Assembly (NCBI GenBank): GCA_963848295.1
Contig: CAWKDB010000002.1
Coordinates: forward strand, 1,024,001-1,088,000
Source of the DNA: an uncultured delta proteobacterium
Lineage (GTDB): Bacteria > Myxococcota_A > Polyangia > Haliangiales > Haliangiaceae
Length of the DNA stretch: 64,000 bases
Reading direction: 5' to 3'
In this document: positions 39,974-50,338 of the stretch, piece by piece
How the letters are laid out: every line of letters starts with the position of its first letter
Position numbering within the stretch: position 1 is the first letter of the stretch
Translations under genes and position numbers: made by a program
Notes under the pieces: generated by a model
Seen by the model: only the letters and a program-made list of their open reading frames with translations
The model's database searches: none
Told to the model about the DNA's origin: nothing

Positions 39974-40684
39974 TTGCTGTCCGTGCGGCGCTTGACCCTC
40001 CTCGTTGTGGCTGCGCTATGCGCCGGTGGCTCGGCGATCGCGGCGCCGACTGCGGCGGCCCACAAGTCGACCAACAAGGGCACGATGAAGCAGTGCGAGG
40101 GCAAGAAGTGCCACCGCGTCGCCGTGTTCCAGGGCCACAACGCCGCGTCGTCGACGCTGCGCACCGCTCCGCTCGAAAAGCCGTCGGGGGACATCTGGCT
40201 CAAGGCCGAGAACCTAGGCGAAGAGACCAAGGTCAACATCTATAAGTCGGATGGCTCGTTCGACGACGCCTCGCTCGCGAAGCTCGACGAGATGTTCCGC
40301 TGCGTCAAGACCGGCGAGGTCCGCGCGGTACGCCCCGAGCTCTACGAGCAGCTGTCGCGAATCTCCGACCACTTCGATCACAAGCGCATCGACCTGGTAT
40401 CTGGGTTCCGGTTCGCCGAGCGCGACTCCAGCCGCCACTTCCACGCGTCTGCGATGGACATCCACATCGTCGGCGTGTCGATCCGCGACATGTACAACTT
40501 CGCCGAGACCCTCGACTCCGGCAACATGGGCATCGGCATCTACCCGAGCAGCGGCTTCATCCACGTCGACTTCCGCGCCCCGGGCGAGCCGAGCTATCGC
40601 TGGACCGATTACTCGGGCCATGGTGGCAGCGGCACCAAGAGGCCGAAGCCCCGTACGCAGCCTGCGCGGAAGCCCGTCAGCTAG
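39974..40684 (+). CDS. YcbK/DUF882 (peptidase M15-like) secreted protein
   Basis: VSGFR..SRHFHASAMD..GIGIYPSSGFIHVD; signal peptide. Confidence 0.85.
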   Translation: MLSVRRLTLLVVAALCAGGSAIAAPTAAAHKSTNKGTMKQCEGKKCHRVAVFQGHNAASSTLRTAPLEKPSGDIWLKAENLGEETKVNIYKSDGSFDDASLAKLDEMFRCVKTGEVRAVRPELYEQLSRISDHFDHKRIDLVSGFRFAERDSSRHFHASAMDIHIVGVSIRDMYNFAETLDSGNMGIGIYPSSGFIHVDFRAPGEPSYRWTDYSGHGGSGTKRPKPRTQPARKPVS

Positions 40685-40788
40685 GGACGCTGTCTCTTTT
40701 GTCACCCTGCGCCCAGCGGCCGATCGGCTAACCCGCGGCTTTCAGAGGCGCTTTCATGGGGACGCTGTCTCTTTTGTCACCTTGCGCC
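40684..40788 (+). repeat. Direct repeat pair (30 bp, 1 mismatch) with 45-bp spacer
   Basis: gggacgctgtctcttttgtcaccYtgcgcc at 40684-40713 and 40759-40788. Confidence 0.9.
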
Positions 40789-40794
40789 GGGTGA

Positions 40795-41256
40795 CTAGCC
40801 CGGCGTCAAGCTCGCATCACCGATCGCATCGCGCACGTCGGTGACCGCTTTGAAGTCGGCATTCGGCGCGTCCTTGCCGATGTGCGAACCGCACCGCGCC
40901 TTCGCGCCGTGCTTCACGCACCCGGTCTCGCGATGTTCGGCACTGTTGCGGCTCGGCGCCGGCTTGGTGTTCGGCATCGCATCGAGTTTTGCGAGTGCGG
41001 CGGTGAGCTTCGCGGCGTCCTTGACCGTCGTGTCGCCACGCTTCGGTTTGGTATCGGGCTGGCCGGCGTTGCGTCCCGAGTACGTCTGTTCGTAGTGAAC
41101 CTTGTCGCCGGTCACCGTGATGGCGGTGTGCCAGACCGACATGTCCTTCGACATCTCGCCGGCGTCCCAGGTCAGCATGACGTCGGGGCCGGCCGGCTGA
41201 GCCGCCGCGGTTCCGACGAGCGCCGCGAACACAACAGTTCCAAGTAGTAGTCGCAT
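40795..41256 (-). CDS. Secreted hypothetical protein
   Basis: Signal peptide MRLLLGTVVFAALVGTAAA; TAGGAT 7 nt before ATG. Confidence 0.65.
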   Translation of the reverse strand: MRLLLGTVVFAALVGTAAAQPAGPDVMLTWDAGEMSKDMSVWHTAITVTGDKVHYEQTYSGRNAGQPDTKPKRGDTTVKDAAKLTAALAKLDAMPNTKPAPSRNSAEHRETGCVKHGAKARCGSHIGKDAPNADFKAVTDVRDAIGDASLTPG

Positions 41257-41437
41257 GGTCGGCATCCTACCGCACTGTGGTTTTGCGATTCCGAGATCTT
41301 GCGACTCTCGGTGAGCGCCCCCGTCCGGACCAGAAGTGGGGCTGCCCGTCTGCATCATCTGCCGCGACGGTCTGCGCGTCGTGGTACGCGACCGCGTCGC
41401 TCCGATCGTGCGTGTGGTTCCGTGGCAGAATCCCTGG

Positions 41438-42331
41438 GTGGATTCCGGCGCGATCATGCGCGACGTCTTGGCGCGACTCGAGCCGAAACCGCGGGAGCAA
41501 GTTACCGCGGCCGGGCTCGGTGCCCAGCTCGCGACCGCGCTCGCGACCGTCCACAGCCGGTGGCCGCACGCTCCCGAGCCCGACGCCGGGTTTGTCGATC
41601 ACCTCACGGCGAGCCTCGCGGGCCAACCGGATCTCACGACGGCGTTGCCCCGGCTCCGCCTCGACGACCTCTACCTCGCGTGGTGGTCCGGCCGCGGAGA
41701 CCAAGCCGCGATCATCGCGTTCGAGCAAGCGTTCGCGGAGGACATCAACCGGTTGGTCGCGCGGTTCCATCGCCTGCCGCCGTCCGAGCTGCGCCAGCGG
41801 TTGCGGATCAAGCTGTTCGTCGGCGCGCGGCCGCGGATTCGCGAGTACTCCGGCTTCGGGTTCCTGCAGAACTGGCTGCGGGTCGCCGCCGCGCGCGCAT
41901 TCGTCGACGCGGCGCGCAGTGATCGCAGCTTGCGCTACGAAGAAGAGCTCGACGAAGGTGAGCTGCTCGGGCTCGCCGCACCGGGCGATCCGCGCAACTC
42001 GAAGATGCGCGAGCAGATGGGCAGCGCCGTCAAGCGAGCGTTCGCGGATGCGGTCGCGACGCTCGCGCCTCGGCAACGCACGTTCTTGCGCCACGCCTAC
42101 GTCGATCGCTTGACGCTCGATCAGATCGCGACGACGTACGCCGTGCACCGCGCCACCGTGGCTCGCACGCTCGCGAGCGCACGCGAGCAACTGATCGAGC
42201 GGACGCGCGCGGCGGTCGCGGTCGAGCTCGGCGTCGGCGCGGACGATCTGGCGAGCGCGATCGCGGCGCTCGATACCCACCTCGAGCTGTCGTTGTCGCG
42301 CGTGTTGCGCAGCGAGGCGGTCGAGAAGTGA
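41438..42331 (+). CDS. Myxococcales-type ECF sigma-70 factor with N-terminal extension
   Basis: DLYLAW..GDQAAIIAFE, YSGFGFLQNWLRV, LTLDQIATTYAVHRATVAR; start approximate. Confidence 0.8.
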   Translation: MDSGAIMRDVLARLEPKPREQVTAAGLGAQLATALATVHSRWPHAPEPDAGFVDHLTASLAGQPDLTTALPRLRLDDLYLAWWSGRGDQAAIIAFEQAFAEDINRLVARFHRLPPSELRQRLRIKLFVGARPRIREYSGFGFLQNWLRVAAARAFVDAARSDRSLRYEEELDEGELLGLAAPGDPRNSKMREQMGSAVKRAFADAVATLAPRQRTFLRHAYVDRLTLDQIATTYAVHRATVARTLASAREQLIERTRAAVAVELGVGADDLASAIAALDTHLELSLSRVLRSEAVEK

Positions 42332-43815
42332 TGGCGTCGCCTGGCGACAAGCCGCAAGAACGTGCGGCGCGTAGCCCCGCCGCTGGCGGGGCAGAGGTAA
42401 GCGACAAGCCGATGCCGCCGAGCCTAGCGAAGCATGCCGGCTCCTGGCCGGCCGCCGTGCAACACACGGCGTGCCCGACCGATGACACGCTGATCGCGCT
42501 CGTCGAGCACGCGTTACCCGCCGAGGCGATGACCTCGCTCGCGGATCACGTCGACCACTGCGAGCGCTGTCGCGCGACGATCGGCACGCTCGCGGCGGTC
42601 GACGGTGGGGCCAAGCCGCGCAAGGTCGGCCGCTACGAGCTGGAAGATCAGCTCGGCGTCGGCGGCATGGGAGTGGTCTACGCCGCATTCGATCCGATGC
42701 TGCAGCGCCGCGTCGCGATCAAGCTGATGCATCCGGAGGTCGGCGAGAACGGCCCGGCGCGCATGTTGCGCGAGGCGCGAGCGCTGGCCCAGCTCCAACA
42801 CCCGAACGTCGTGGCGGTCCACGACGTCGGCGAGCACGAGGGCGACGTGTTTCTCGCGACCGAGCTCGTCGATGGCGAACCGCTCGACCGCTGGCAACGC
42901 GGCCGCGAAGCGCTCGAGATCGTCGGCGCCTACGCGCAAGCCGCGCGCGGGCTCGCGGCCGCGCACGCGATGGGCCTGGTCCATCGCGACGTCAAGCCGA
43001 GCAACGTGCTCGTCGCGCGCGACGGCCGGGTGCGAGTCGGCGACTTCGGGCTCGCTCGCCGCGGTGCGGTCGCCGGCGATCGCCTCGCCGAGGCCGCGGA
43101 CCTCGATCCGAGGCTGACGCGCGAAGGCGATGTCGTCGGCACGCCGGCGTACATGGCACCCGAACAACGCGCGGGCTTGCAAGTCGATGGTCGCGCGGAT
43201 CAGTTCGCGCTGTGCGTCGCGCTCGCCGAGGCGTTGACCGGAAAGCGCCCCGCAGCCGGCAGTCGGCCCGCCCTCGCCGCGCGCGGGACTCGCAAGGTCG
43301 CGACCGTGCTCGCCCGTGGCCTGCGGATCGAACCGGCTTCGCGGTTTCCAGATATGGCCGCGCTCGCGGCTGCGCTCGAGGCGCCGGCCGCGAAACGCCG
43401 GCGCGCCTGGCCGATCGTGGTCGCCGGCGTGATCGCCGCTGCGGCAGGAGCGCTTGCCGTCGTGTTCATGTTCGGCGCGTCGCCGATCGTGGTGCCATCG
43501 CCTACGAAGGCGATCAATCCCGATCCGATCGTTCAGCCATCCGCGTTGCGGCCGACCGGAATGCCGGAGTGCGATGCTCATCTCGCGACCCTCGCGAAGC
43601 TCGCGACCTGCCCCACCGCTCCGACGCCGACGCGCGACGCGATGCGCGAGGCGATCGATAACCTCCAGCACAACTTAGCCGTCACGCCGCCGGCGGCGCG
43701 CGCGGCGATCATTCAGCGCGGCGACTTCGCGAGAGCCTGCGTCGCGATGGCGAAGAACACCGTCAAGGTCGGCGAGTTTCTCGGCTGCGATATGACGATC
43801 GAAGCGCCGCGCTAG
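42328..43815 (+). CDS. Ser/Thr kinase with N-terminal zinc anti-sigma (HxxxCxxC) motif, TM helix and Cys-rich tail
   Basis: HVDHCERC; GVGGMG, HRDVKPSN, DFG, GTPAYMAPE; overlaps the sigma stop. Confidence 0.9.
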   Translation: MMASPGDKPQERAARSPAAGGAEVSDKPMPPSLAKHAGSWPAAVQHTACPTDDTLIALVEHALPAEAMTSLADHVDHCERCRATIGTLAAVDGGAKPRKVGRYELEDQLGVGGMGVVYAAFDPMLQRRVAIKLMHPEVGENGPARMLREARALAQLQHPNVVAVHDVGEHEGDVFLATELVDGEPLDRWQRGREALEIVGAYAQAARGLAAAHAMGLVHRDVKPSNVLVARDGRVRVGDFGLARRGAVAGDRLAEAADLDPRLTREGDVVGTPAYMAPEQRAGLQVDGRADQFALCVALAEALTGKRPAAGSRPALAARGTRKVATVLARGLRIEPASRFPDMAALAAALEAPAAKRRRAWPIVVAGVIAAAAGALAVVFMFGASPIVVPSPTKAINPDPIVQPSALRPTGMPECDAHLATLAKLATCPTAPTPTRDAMREAIDNLQHNLAVTPPAARAAIIQRGDFARACVAMAKNTVKVGEFLGCDMTIEAPR

Positions 43816-43949
43816 GCCCGCGCGCGCGGTCGATAGCGCCGGAGGAGATCCTCGGCGAGCTCCTCGAGTGCTCCGTCGAGCGCGGCTTGCCGTCGCCGGT
43901 CGCCTGCCGCGGCGAGTGCGCCGATCCAGAACGTTTGCTCGAGCGTCAT
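43812..43949 (-). CDS. Possible 45-aa small protein
   Basis: MTLEQTFWIGALAAAGDRRRQAALDGALEELAEDLLRRYRPRARA*; CTAG stop overlap with the convergent kinase. Confidence 0.35.
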   Translation of the reverse strand: MTLEQTFWIGALAAAGDRRRQAALDGALEELAEDLLRRYRPRARA

Positions 43950-44090
43950 GACTCCTGGATCGGCCGAACGCTGTAGCGATCTAGCCCGCTCCGGAATCGC
44001 GCTGACGTAGGCGCGTGTACGACTCGCGCTCGGGATCGCTTAACGCGCCAGGTGCGGCGAACCGTGGCGACTTGATGGCATGATGATCGT

Positions 44091-45074
44091 GTGGGGCCCT
44101 GCGTTCGACTCTCGATCGCGCTAGCCGTGGCCGCGACGCTCGCGCGGCCCGCGCGCGCGGATGACACGCCGTGGGCGACCGGGGTCAGCGCCGAACAAAA
44201 GGCGACCGCGCACACGCTGCTCGAGGCCGGTAACACGTTGTTCCTGCAGCGCGACTACGCCGCGGCGCTCGAGAAGTATCGCGCCGCGGTCGGCGCCTGG
44301 GATCATCCAGCGATTCGCTTCAACATCGTCCGATGCTTGATCCAGCTCGATCGCACGGTCGAGGCCGCCGATAACCTCAAGCTCGCGCTGCGCTACGGCG
44401 CCGCGCCTCTCGAGGACAAGGTCTACACCGAGGCGCTCGCGTACGAGAAGTTGCTCGCGCTCCAGGTCAGTGACGTCGATGTCAGCTGCGATCAGGCGGG
44501 CGTCGCGGTCACGCTCGACGGCCAACCGCTGGTGTCATGCCCCGGCAAGCAGAGCCGGCGCGTCACGCCCGGGCCGCACCAGCTCGTCGCGACGAAAGAA
44601 GGCTATCTCACCAAGACCAGCAACGTGGTCGCGATCGGCGGCCAGCACGAAGCCGTGGCCATCGCGCTCAAGTCGATCGATAGCGCGGCGATCGTGCATC
44701 GCTGGCCGACGTGGAAGCCGTGGATCGTGTTCGGCGCCGGCATCGCGGTCGTCGGCATCGGCGGGTTGTTCGAGTACCAAGCGGCGCAAGACATGTCGTC
44801 GTACGACAAGGGCCTCGCGCTCGCGTGCGCCGATACCGGGTGCAGCGCGAGCCGGCCGATCCCCACGAACCTCGCGGATCAGAAGACGCGCGCGACGCAC
44901 GAGAACGACGTCGCGCTCGGGGTGACGTCGGTCGGCGTTGCTGCCGCGGCGGCCGGCGGCGTGCTGCTCTATATGAACCGCGGCCACGCCGCGTATGCCG
45001 AGAAGGTGCTCGACCGAGTCGACGTCTCGACCGTTCGCGGCGGCGCGACCGTCGGGTTGCGCGGTCACTTCTAG
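44091..45074 (+). CDS. Secreted TPR + PEGA domain protein
   Basis: Signal peptide, TPR helices, PEGA-like VTLDG..PGPHQLVATKEGY, C-terminal hydrophobic segments. Confidence 0.8.
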   Translation: MGPCVRLSIALAVAATLARPARADDTPWATGVSAEQKATAHTLLEAGNTLFLQRDYAAALEKYRAAVGAWDHPAIRFNIVRCLIQLDRTVEAADNLKLALRYGAAPLEDKVYTEALAYEKLLALQVSDVDVSCDQAGVAVTLDGQPLVSCPGKQSRRVTPGPHQLVATKEGYLTKTSNVVAIGGQHEAVAIALKSIDSAAIVHRWPTWKPWIVFGAGIAVVGIGGLFEYQAAQDMSSYDKGLALACADTGCSASRPIPTNLADQKTRATHENDVALGVTSVGVAAAAAGGVLLYMNRGHAAYAEKVLDRVDVSTVRGGATVGLRGHF

Positions 45075-45101
45075 CTCGCTGGCGCCGCGGTGACGGGGGC
45101 G

Positions 45102-45203
45102 CAAGTTGACAATAGTGACAGCGTCCCCAAATTCTCCGAACGAATCCAGCTAGGTGGGGCCCACGCGATCCGCCCAAGTTGACAAAAGCGACAGCGTCCC
45201 CAA
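45102..45203 (-). repeat. Direct repeat pair (29 bp, 2 mismatches) with 44-bp spacer
   Basis: caagttgacaaWagYgacagcgtccccaa at 45102-45130 and 45175-45203; reverse complement of the GGGGACG family. Confidence 0.9.
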
Positions 45204-47475
45204 TTACGGGCAGTCGTCGATCTTGCCGTTGCAGTCGTTGTCGACGCCATCGCTGCAGTCGGTCTCGGTGGGCTCGCACACCCACGGCGTGGTGCGCACG
45301 AGGCCACGGAGCTGGATGGTGTGAGCGACGGCCGCGAACGCGATGCCGAGCATGCTCGGCACGACCGAGATGCCGGCGACCGAGGCGTTGGTCGGCAACG
45401 CGCCGTCGGACGGCAAGTGAATCGGCGCCCAGCGCGAGCCATCGAATTGCGCCAGCTCGGTCGGGCTCGCAGCGATCACGTCGTGACCGGAGGATGCGGC
45501 GAGCGCGTTGACGGTGCTGACGAACGGCAGCTGGCTGGTCGTCCAGTTCGCGCCGTCCCACGCGTAGCCGAACGAGGCATCGACCGCCACGACGTCGGTC
45601 GGCGAGATCGCGACCACCGCGATCAGCGCGGTCGACGGACAGGTCGCGTCGACGTCCCAGCTCGCACCGGCCCAATGGACGAGGGTGCCGTGGCTGACCG
45701 CCCAGATATCGTCGGTCCCGGTCCCCGAAACCGACGACACGTTCGTGACCGCCGCATAGGATTGCAAGCTCGCACCGTCGAACCGCTGCGCGCCGCTGCC
45801 GGTGAACAGCCACAGGTCGGTCGGGCCGGTGCCCCACAGCGCGCCGAGCGTGTTGCCCGCGGTGGTCAACAGCGACCAGGTCCCGCTGACGCGATCGAAG
45901 GCGTAGACGTCGCCGGCTTGACCGCCCGCCCACACATCGGTGCCGACGCCGAATAACGCACGGAGGTTCGCGCCGACCACCGTCCCGCTACCTGTCCAGC
46001 TCGTGCCGTCGAAGTGCTCGATGTGTCCGGCCGAGTCGGCGACGAATTGATCGTCGGACGCGCTCATCCAATACGCGACCGGCAGGAGCACGACGCCGGT
46101 ATCGAGCGCGGCATACGCTTGGCCGTGATAGCGGTAGAGCGCGCCGTCCGCGGACACGCCGACCGCGTCGTCGGGCGCGAGCTCGAGGAGCAGGCCCGGC
46201 GGCGCGACGCCGTTCGGGCCGACCTCGGTCATCGTGCTCCAGCCGTGGCCGTCGAAGTGTTGCAGGGCGCCGCCCGAGCCGGTGACCCACGCATCGTTCG
46301 GCGCCGATGCGGTGACCGCCGTGTACAGCCCGGTCTCCGGATCGGTCCATTGGGTCCACGTCGCGCCATTCCAGCTCGCGATGAGGCTCGAGAAGCTCGG
46401 TCCGATCGAGCCGGCGACCCAGACGTCGGTGGTGGTCACCGCGGAGATGCTCGAGATCTCGGCGGACAACACGCTCTGCCACGCCGAGCCATTCCAATGC
46501 CACAACGTCGTCGCGTCCGACGCCCAGAGAATCCGACGCGCTCGTGCCGCGTAGCGTGGTGATCGCGCCACCGGTCCAGGTGCCGAGTCCGGTCCAAGTC
46601 GAGCCGTTCCACGCTTGCACGCCGGCGGTGCGCGTTCCGATATACACCGCGGTCGAGCTCGCCGCCCACACCGCACTGTACGACGCCGCCGGTAACCCCG
46701 AGGCCGCGGTCCACGCCGTGCCGTCCCAGTGGAGGGCGGCCTCCGGGGTCACCGCCCAGACGTCGTCGGCCGCGGCTTCCCACGCGTCGCTGAAGCCGTC
46801 CGGTGTGATCTGTTGCCCCGACCAGTTCACACCGTCGTAGTGGCGCGCGTCGCCGAGGTTGTCGAACACCCAGAGATCCGTCGCGCCGCCACCGGCGAGC
46901 GCATAGCCGCTGGTCAGGCCCGTCGCCTCCGGTCGCCAGCCGAACCGGCCGCAGTCGGCGAACGAAGCGCCGCACGAGCCGCTGCAGCCGAGTGGTCCGG
47001 CGTCGAAGCCGTTGTCGATGCACGTCCCCGCCGGCGGCGCGCCATCGCACAGCTCGGGGCCGTCGATCATGCCGTCGCCGCAGCGCCCGACGCAGTGGCT
47101 CGTATCGAACGTGCAGAACGGCGTGCACGCGAGGCCATCGGGGGCGTAGAACCCGGCGGTCGTGCAATCGGCGCCGCCGAGGTCGTTGCCGTCACAGGCC
47201 TCGGTGCCGGTGCGTACGCCATCGCCGCACAACAACGGCTCGCACGCGCCGGCGTGGCACGACCCGGGGACGCCGGAGAATTCGCACGCATCGCCTTCGC
47301 CGAGCCCGGTGCACGCCGCGGTTTGATCCGGCGACACGCACGAGTGGTTGACGTTGTCGCAGGTGTTGCCGGGTGGACAGATCCGACCGTCGTCGCAGGT
47401 CACCTCGGCGGAGCGAACGCAGGCGGTCGCCGCGACGAATGCCAACAGCGTGATCAGCTTCGAGGGCACGCTCAC
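45204..47475 (-). CDS. Lipoprotein with myxobacterial Cys-rich repeats, beta-propeller-like HWDG repeats and C-terminal DGxDNDC motif (frameshift near 46530)
   Basis: ATAC lipobox; CGDGVRTGTEACDG; repeated DVWA..H[WF]DGxxW; CSDGVDNDCNGKIDD; GTGA overlap with the kinase stop. Confidence 0.75.
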
Positions 47476-50273
47476 TCCTTTAGCTGGGTCGCGAGCTTCG
47501 CGCGCTCGTCCTCGAGTTGCTTGACCCGCGCGTGCTCGCGCGCGAGCGCCTGTTGCAGCTGGAGCCTGGCCTTCTCGGCATCGGCGGCGGATTGCTCGGC
47601 GCGCGCCTTCGCGGCATCGGCTTCGTGGGCCGTCCGCACGAGCTTGGCATTCTTCGCTTGCAGCTCCTCGCGACTCTCCGCGATCTGCGCATTCGCGGCG
47701 ACGTCTTTCTGCGCCGAGTCTTTCTCGACCGCGGCGGTCTTGGCTTCGGCCGCGAGTCGTTCGCGCTCCTTGTCTTCCGCCGCCGCGAGCGCGCTCTGCG
47801 CGGTCCGCGCCAGGTCTTTCTCGCGGGCTGCACTCGCGATCGCCTGGTCCTTCGCGATTGTCGCTTCGTCGCGCGCGGCCGTCGCTTCGTCCTTCGCCGA
47901 CTTGATCGAGGCCCGCGACGCGATCGCACCGGCGGCGATCGCGGCGAGCACCACGAAGCCGCCGACGACCGCGCCGAGCCGCGCGCGCCGACCGCGGCGA
48001 GCGATCGCGAAAGCGCCGTCGAGAAACGCGCGCTCGCGCTCCGCCAGGTCGCGCGGCCGATGGTCGAGCCAGCGCCGCGCCTCGTCGAGTGCGCCACCGC
48101 GCCACAACAGGCCCGCCGGCCGGCGTTTCGCATCCCATTGCCGCGCCGCCGCCGCGAGCTGGGAGTGGAACGCGGCATCTTCTTGATCCTCGTCGAGCCA
48201 CCGCCGCAACGCCGGCCAGCGTTCGATCAGCGACTCGTGGACGATCTCGACCGACCCGCCGCTATCGGCGCGGGTCTGGACGACGAGCAGGCGCGCCGCG
48301 ACGAGCTGATCGATCACGTGCGAGAGCTCGCCGCCGTCGCGCGCGAGCTCTCGGAGATCGGCGAGCTCGACGATCGCGCGGGTCCGCTCGGGCGTGACGA
48401 GCGCGCGAAAGATCCGATGCGTCAGCTTCTGCGCCGCGGGATTCATGCTCGCGACGACGTCGTCGGCGTGGGTCGCGAGCGCGCCGCTGACACCGCCGAT
48501 CGCCGCGTAGCTCGCGGACGTCAGGCAGCGGCGACCGCGATCGCGCGCGTCCCACAGCTGGCTCGCCGCGAACTGCAGCAACGGCAGCGCGCCCGGCGTG
48601 CCGCCGAGGGCGTCGAGCATGTCGTTCACCATCGCCTCGGTTTCGAACCGATAGCCGATCGCGTCGATCGGTTGCACGATCGCTTCGCGCAACCCGGCGC
48701 GATCCGGCGTCGACAAGAACACCAACCCGCGGGACAGCTCGTCGGCAAACTGCGGGTCTTCACTGACGCGATCGAGAAAGTCCGAGCGCATCGACACGAC
48801 CACGCGCAACGGCGTCGCGGCATCGTCGGCGATCCCGGTCAACGCCGCGGTGAACGCGCGCCGGACCGCACCGTCGCCGACTAACGTGTACAGCTCCTCG
48901 AGCTGATCGACGAACACGAGGATGTTGGTCTCGGCGATGTTCGCGCGCGCCCGCAGCCGCTCGCCGAGCAGGCCGGGCTCGGTGAGCAAGCGGCCGGCGA
49001 GATCTTCGGGTTCGCCGCGGGTGGTGCCGTGCAGCGCGTTCGCGAGCGCGACGAGCGGGTTCCGGCCCGGCCGCAACGTGATCACGTCCCAGCGATCGCC
49101 GGACGCTTTGAGCGCGGGCCCCAACCCCGCGCGCACGAACGAGGACTTGCCGGCGCCGGACGGCCCGACGATGCCGGTCAGCGGCTGCTCGCGGACCCGC
49201 GCCACCATGCGCGCGATCTCGCGGCTGCGGCCGTAGAACCGATCGGCGTCACTTTCGAGGAACGACGTCAGCCCGGGATACGGACTCTCGCCGTCGCCGA
49301 GCAACCGGCCGGCACGGCCCGGCACGAGCAGCTCGAGTGCGCGGACCAGCTCGACGCTGGTCAGGCGCTCCGCCTTGCGCTTGCGCAAGCAGCGGTCGAT
49401 GACCTGCGCCAAGCCATCGGGGACATCGGGGGCTGCCTCCCGCACCGATCGCATCTCGGCTTCGGCCGCGCCGTTTGTCAGCAGCGCGCCGGGCGACGGG
49501 GATTCGACCGGGTGCACACCGGCGACCATCTCGAACATCATGATGCCCGCGGCCCACACGTCGGACCGATCGTCGACCTGGTCGAACCCCATCTGCTCGG
49601 GCGACATGTACGCGAGCGTGCCGACCATCGTTTGCTCGTTGAGCGTGTCGCGGTTGATCGTCGCCTTGTCGCTGAGCGCCTTCGCGATGCCGAAGTCGAG
49701 CACCTTGACGTGACCCGCGTTCGTGACGATCACGTTCTCGGGCTTGAGATCGCGGTGGACGATGCCGAGCTCGTGCGCGCGCGACAGCGCCCGCGCGACC
49801 GGCAACATCAGCTCGATCACGCGCGTCGCGGGTAACCGAGGCACGGACCACATCACCTCGCGCAGCGTCTGGCCCTCGAGAAACTCGAGCACCATGTACG
49901 GAATGCCGCGGTGATCGTCGACCGCGTGGATGATCACGATGTTGTCGTGGGTGCACTGCGCGGTCGCCTGCGCTTCGATCAAGAATCGCTCGGCGAGCGC
50001 GGGCGCCGCCTCGGTGACGAGCTTGATCGCGACCCTGCGACCGAGCTTGACGTCGCGCGCGGCCCACACCACGCCCATCCCACCGCGGCCGAGCTCGCGG
50101 ATCAGCTCGTATTGGTGGATCCGCATCCCCGGCGCGAGCGCGATTTCAGCTTCGCGCGGCGTCGACGGCACGGTCGCGGTACCCGCGAGCGGCGGCGTGC
50201 GAACGGGTGCGGGCGTTCCGAACACGGTGCGCGCCGCGACGCGATCGTTCTCACCACCCACGGCGGTAATCAT
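47472..50273 (-). CDS. Ser/Thr kinase + nSTAND1-like P-loop NTPase + TM + coiled coil
   Basis: HRDLKPEN, DFG; SPYPGL..FYGR, GPSGAGKSS, VDQLEE, LPLLQF, EIVHESLI; TM helix then an Ala/Glu/Lys coiled coil. Confidence 0.88.
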   Translation of the reverse strand: MITAVGGENDRVAARTVFGTPAPVRTPPLAGTATVPSTPREAEIALAPGMRIHQYELIRELGRGGMGVVWAARDVKLGRRVAIKLVTEAAPALAERFLIEAQATAQCTHDNIVIIHAVDDHRGIPYMVLEFLEGQTLREVMWSVPRLPATRVIELMLPVARALSRAHELGIVHRDLKPENVIVTNAGHVKVLDFGIAKALSDKATINRDTLNEQTMVGTLAYMSPEQMGFDQVDDRSDVWAAGIMMFEMVAGVHPVESPSPGALLTNGAAEAEMRSVREAAPDVPDGLAQVIDRCLRKRKAERLTSVELVRALELLVPGRAGRLLGDGESPYPGLTSFLESDADRFYGRSREIARMVARVREQPLTGIVGPSGAGKSSFVRAGLGPALKASGDRWDVITLRPGRNPLVALANALHGTTRGEPEDLAGRLLTEPGLLGERLRARANIAETNILVFVDQLEELYTLVGDGAVRRAFTAALTGIADDAATPLRVVVSMRSDFLDRVSEDPQFADELSRGLVFLSTPDRAGLREAIVQPIDAIGYRFETEAMVNDMLDALGGTPGALPLLQFAASQLWDARDRGRRCLTSASYAAIGGVSGALATHADDVVASMNPAAQKLTHRIFRALVTPERTRAIVELADLRELARDGGELSHVIDQLVAARLLVVQTRADSGGSVEIVHESLIERWPALRRWLDEDQEDAAFHSQLAAAARQWDAKRRPAGLLWRGGALDEARRWLDHRPRDLAERERAFLDGAFAIARRGRRARLGAVVGGFVVLAAIAAGAIASRASIKSAKDEATAARDEATIAKDQAIASAAREKDLARTAQSALAAAEDKERERLAAEAKTAAVEKDSAQKDVAANAQIAESREELQAKNAKLVRTAHEADAAKARAEQSAADAEKARLQLQQALAREHARVKQLEDERAKLATQLKE

Positions 50274-50338
50274 AACATGTGGTTGCGGAGTGCAACGCGC
50301 GCCGGGTTGGCCGCGCAACCTGCCTCGGGGCGCTCGGG

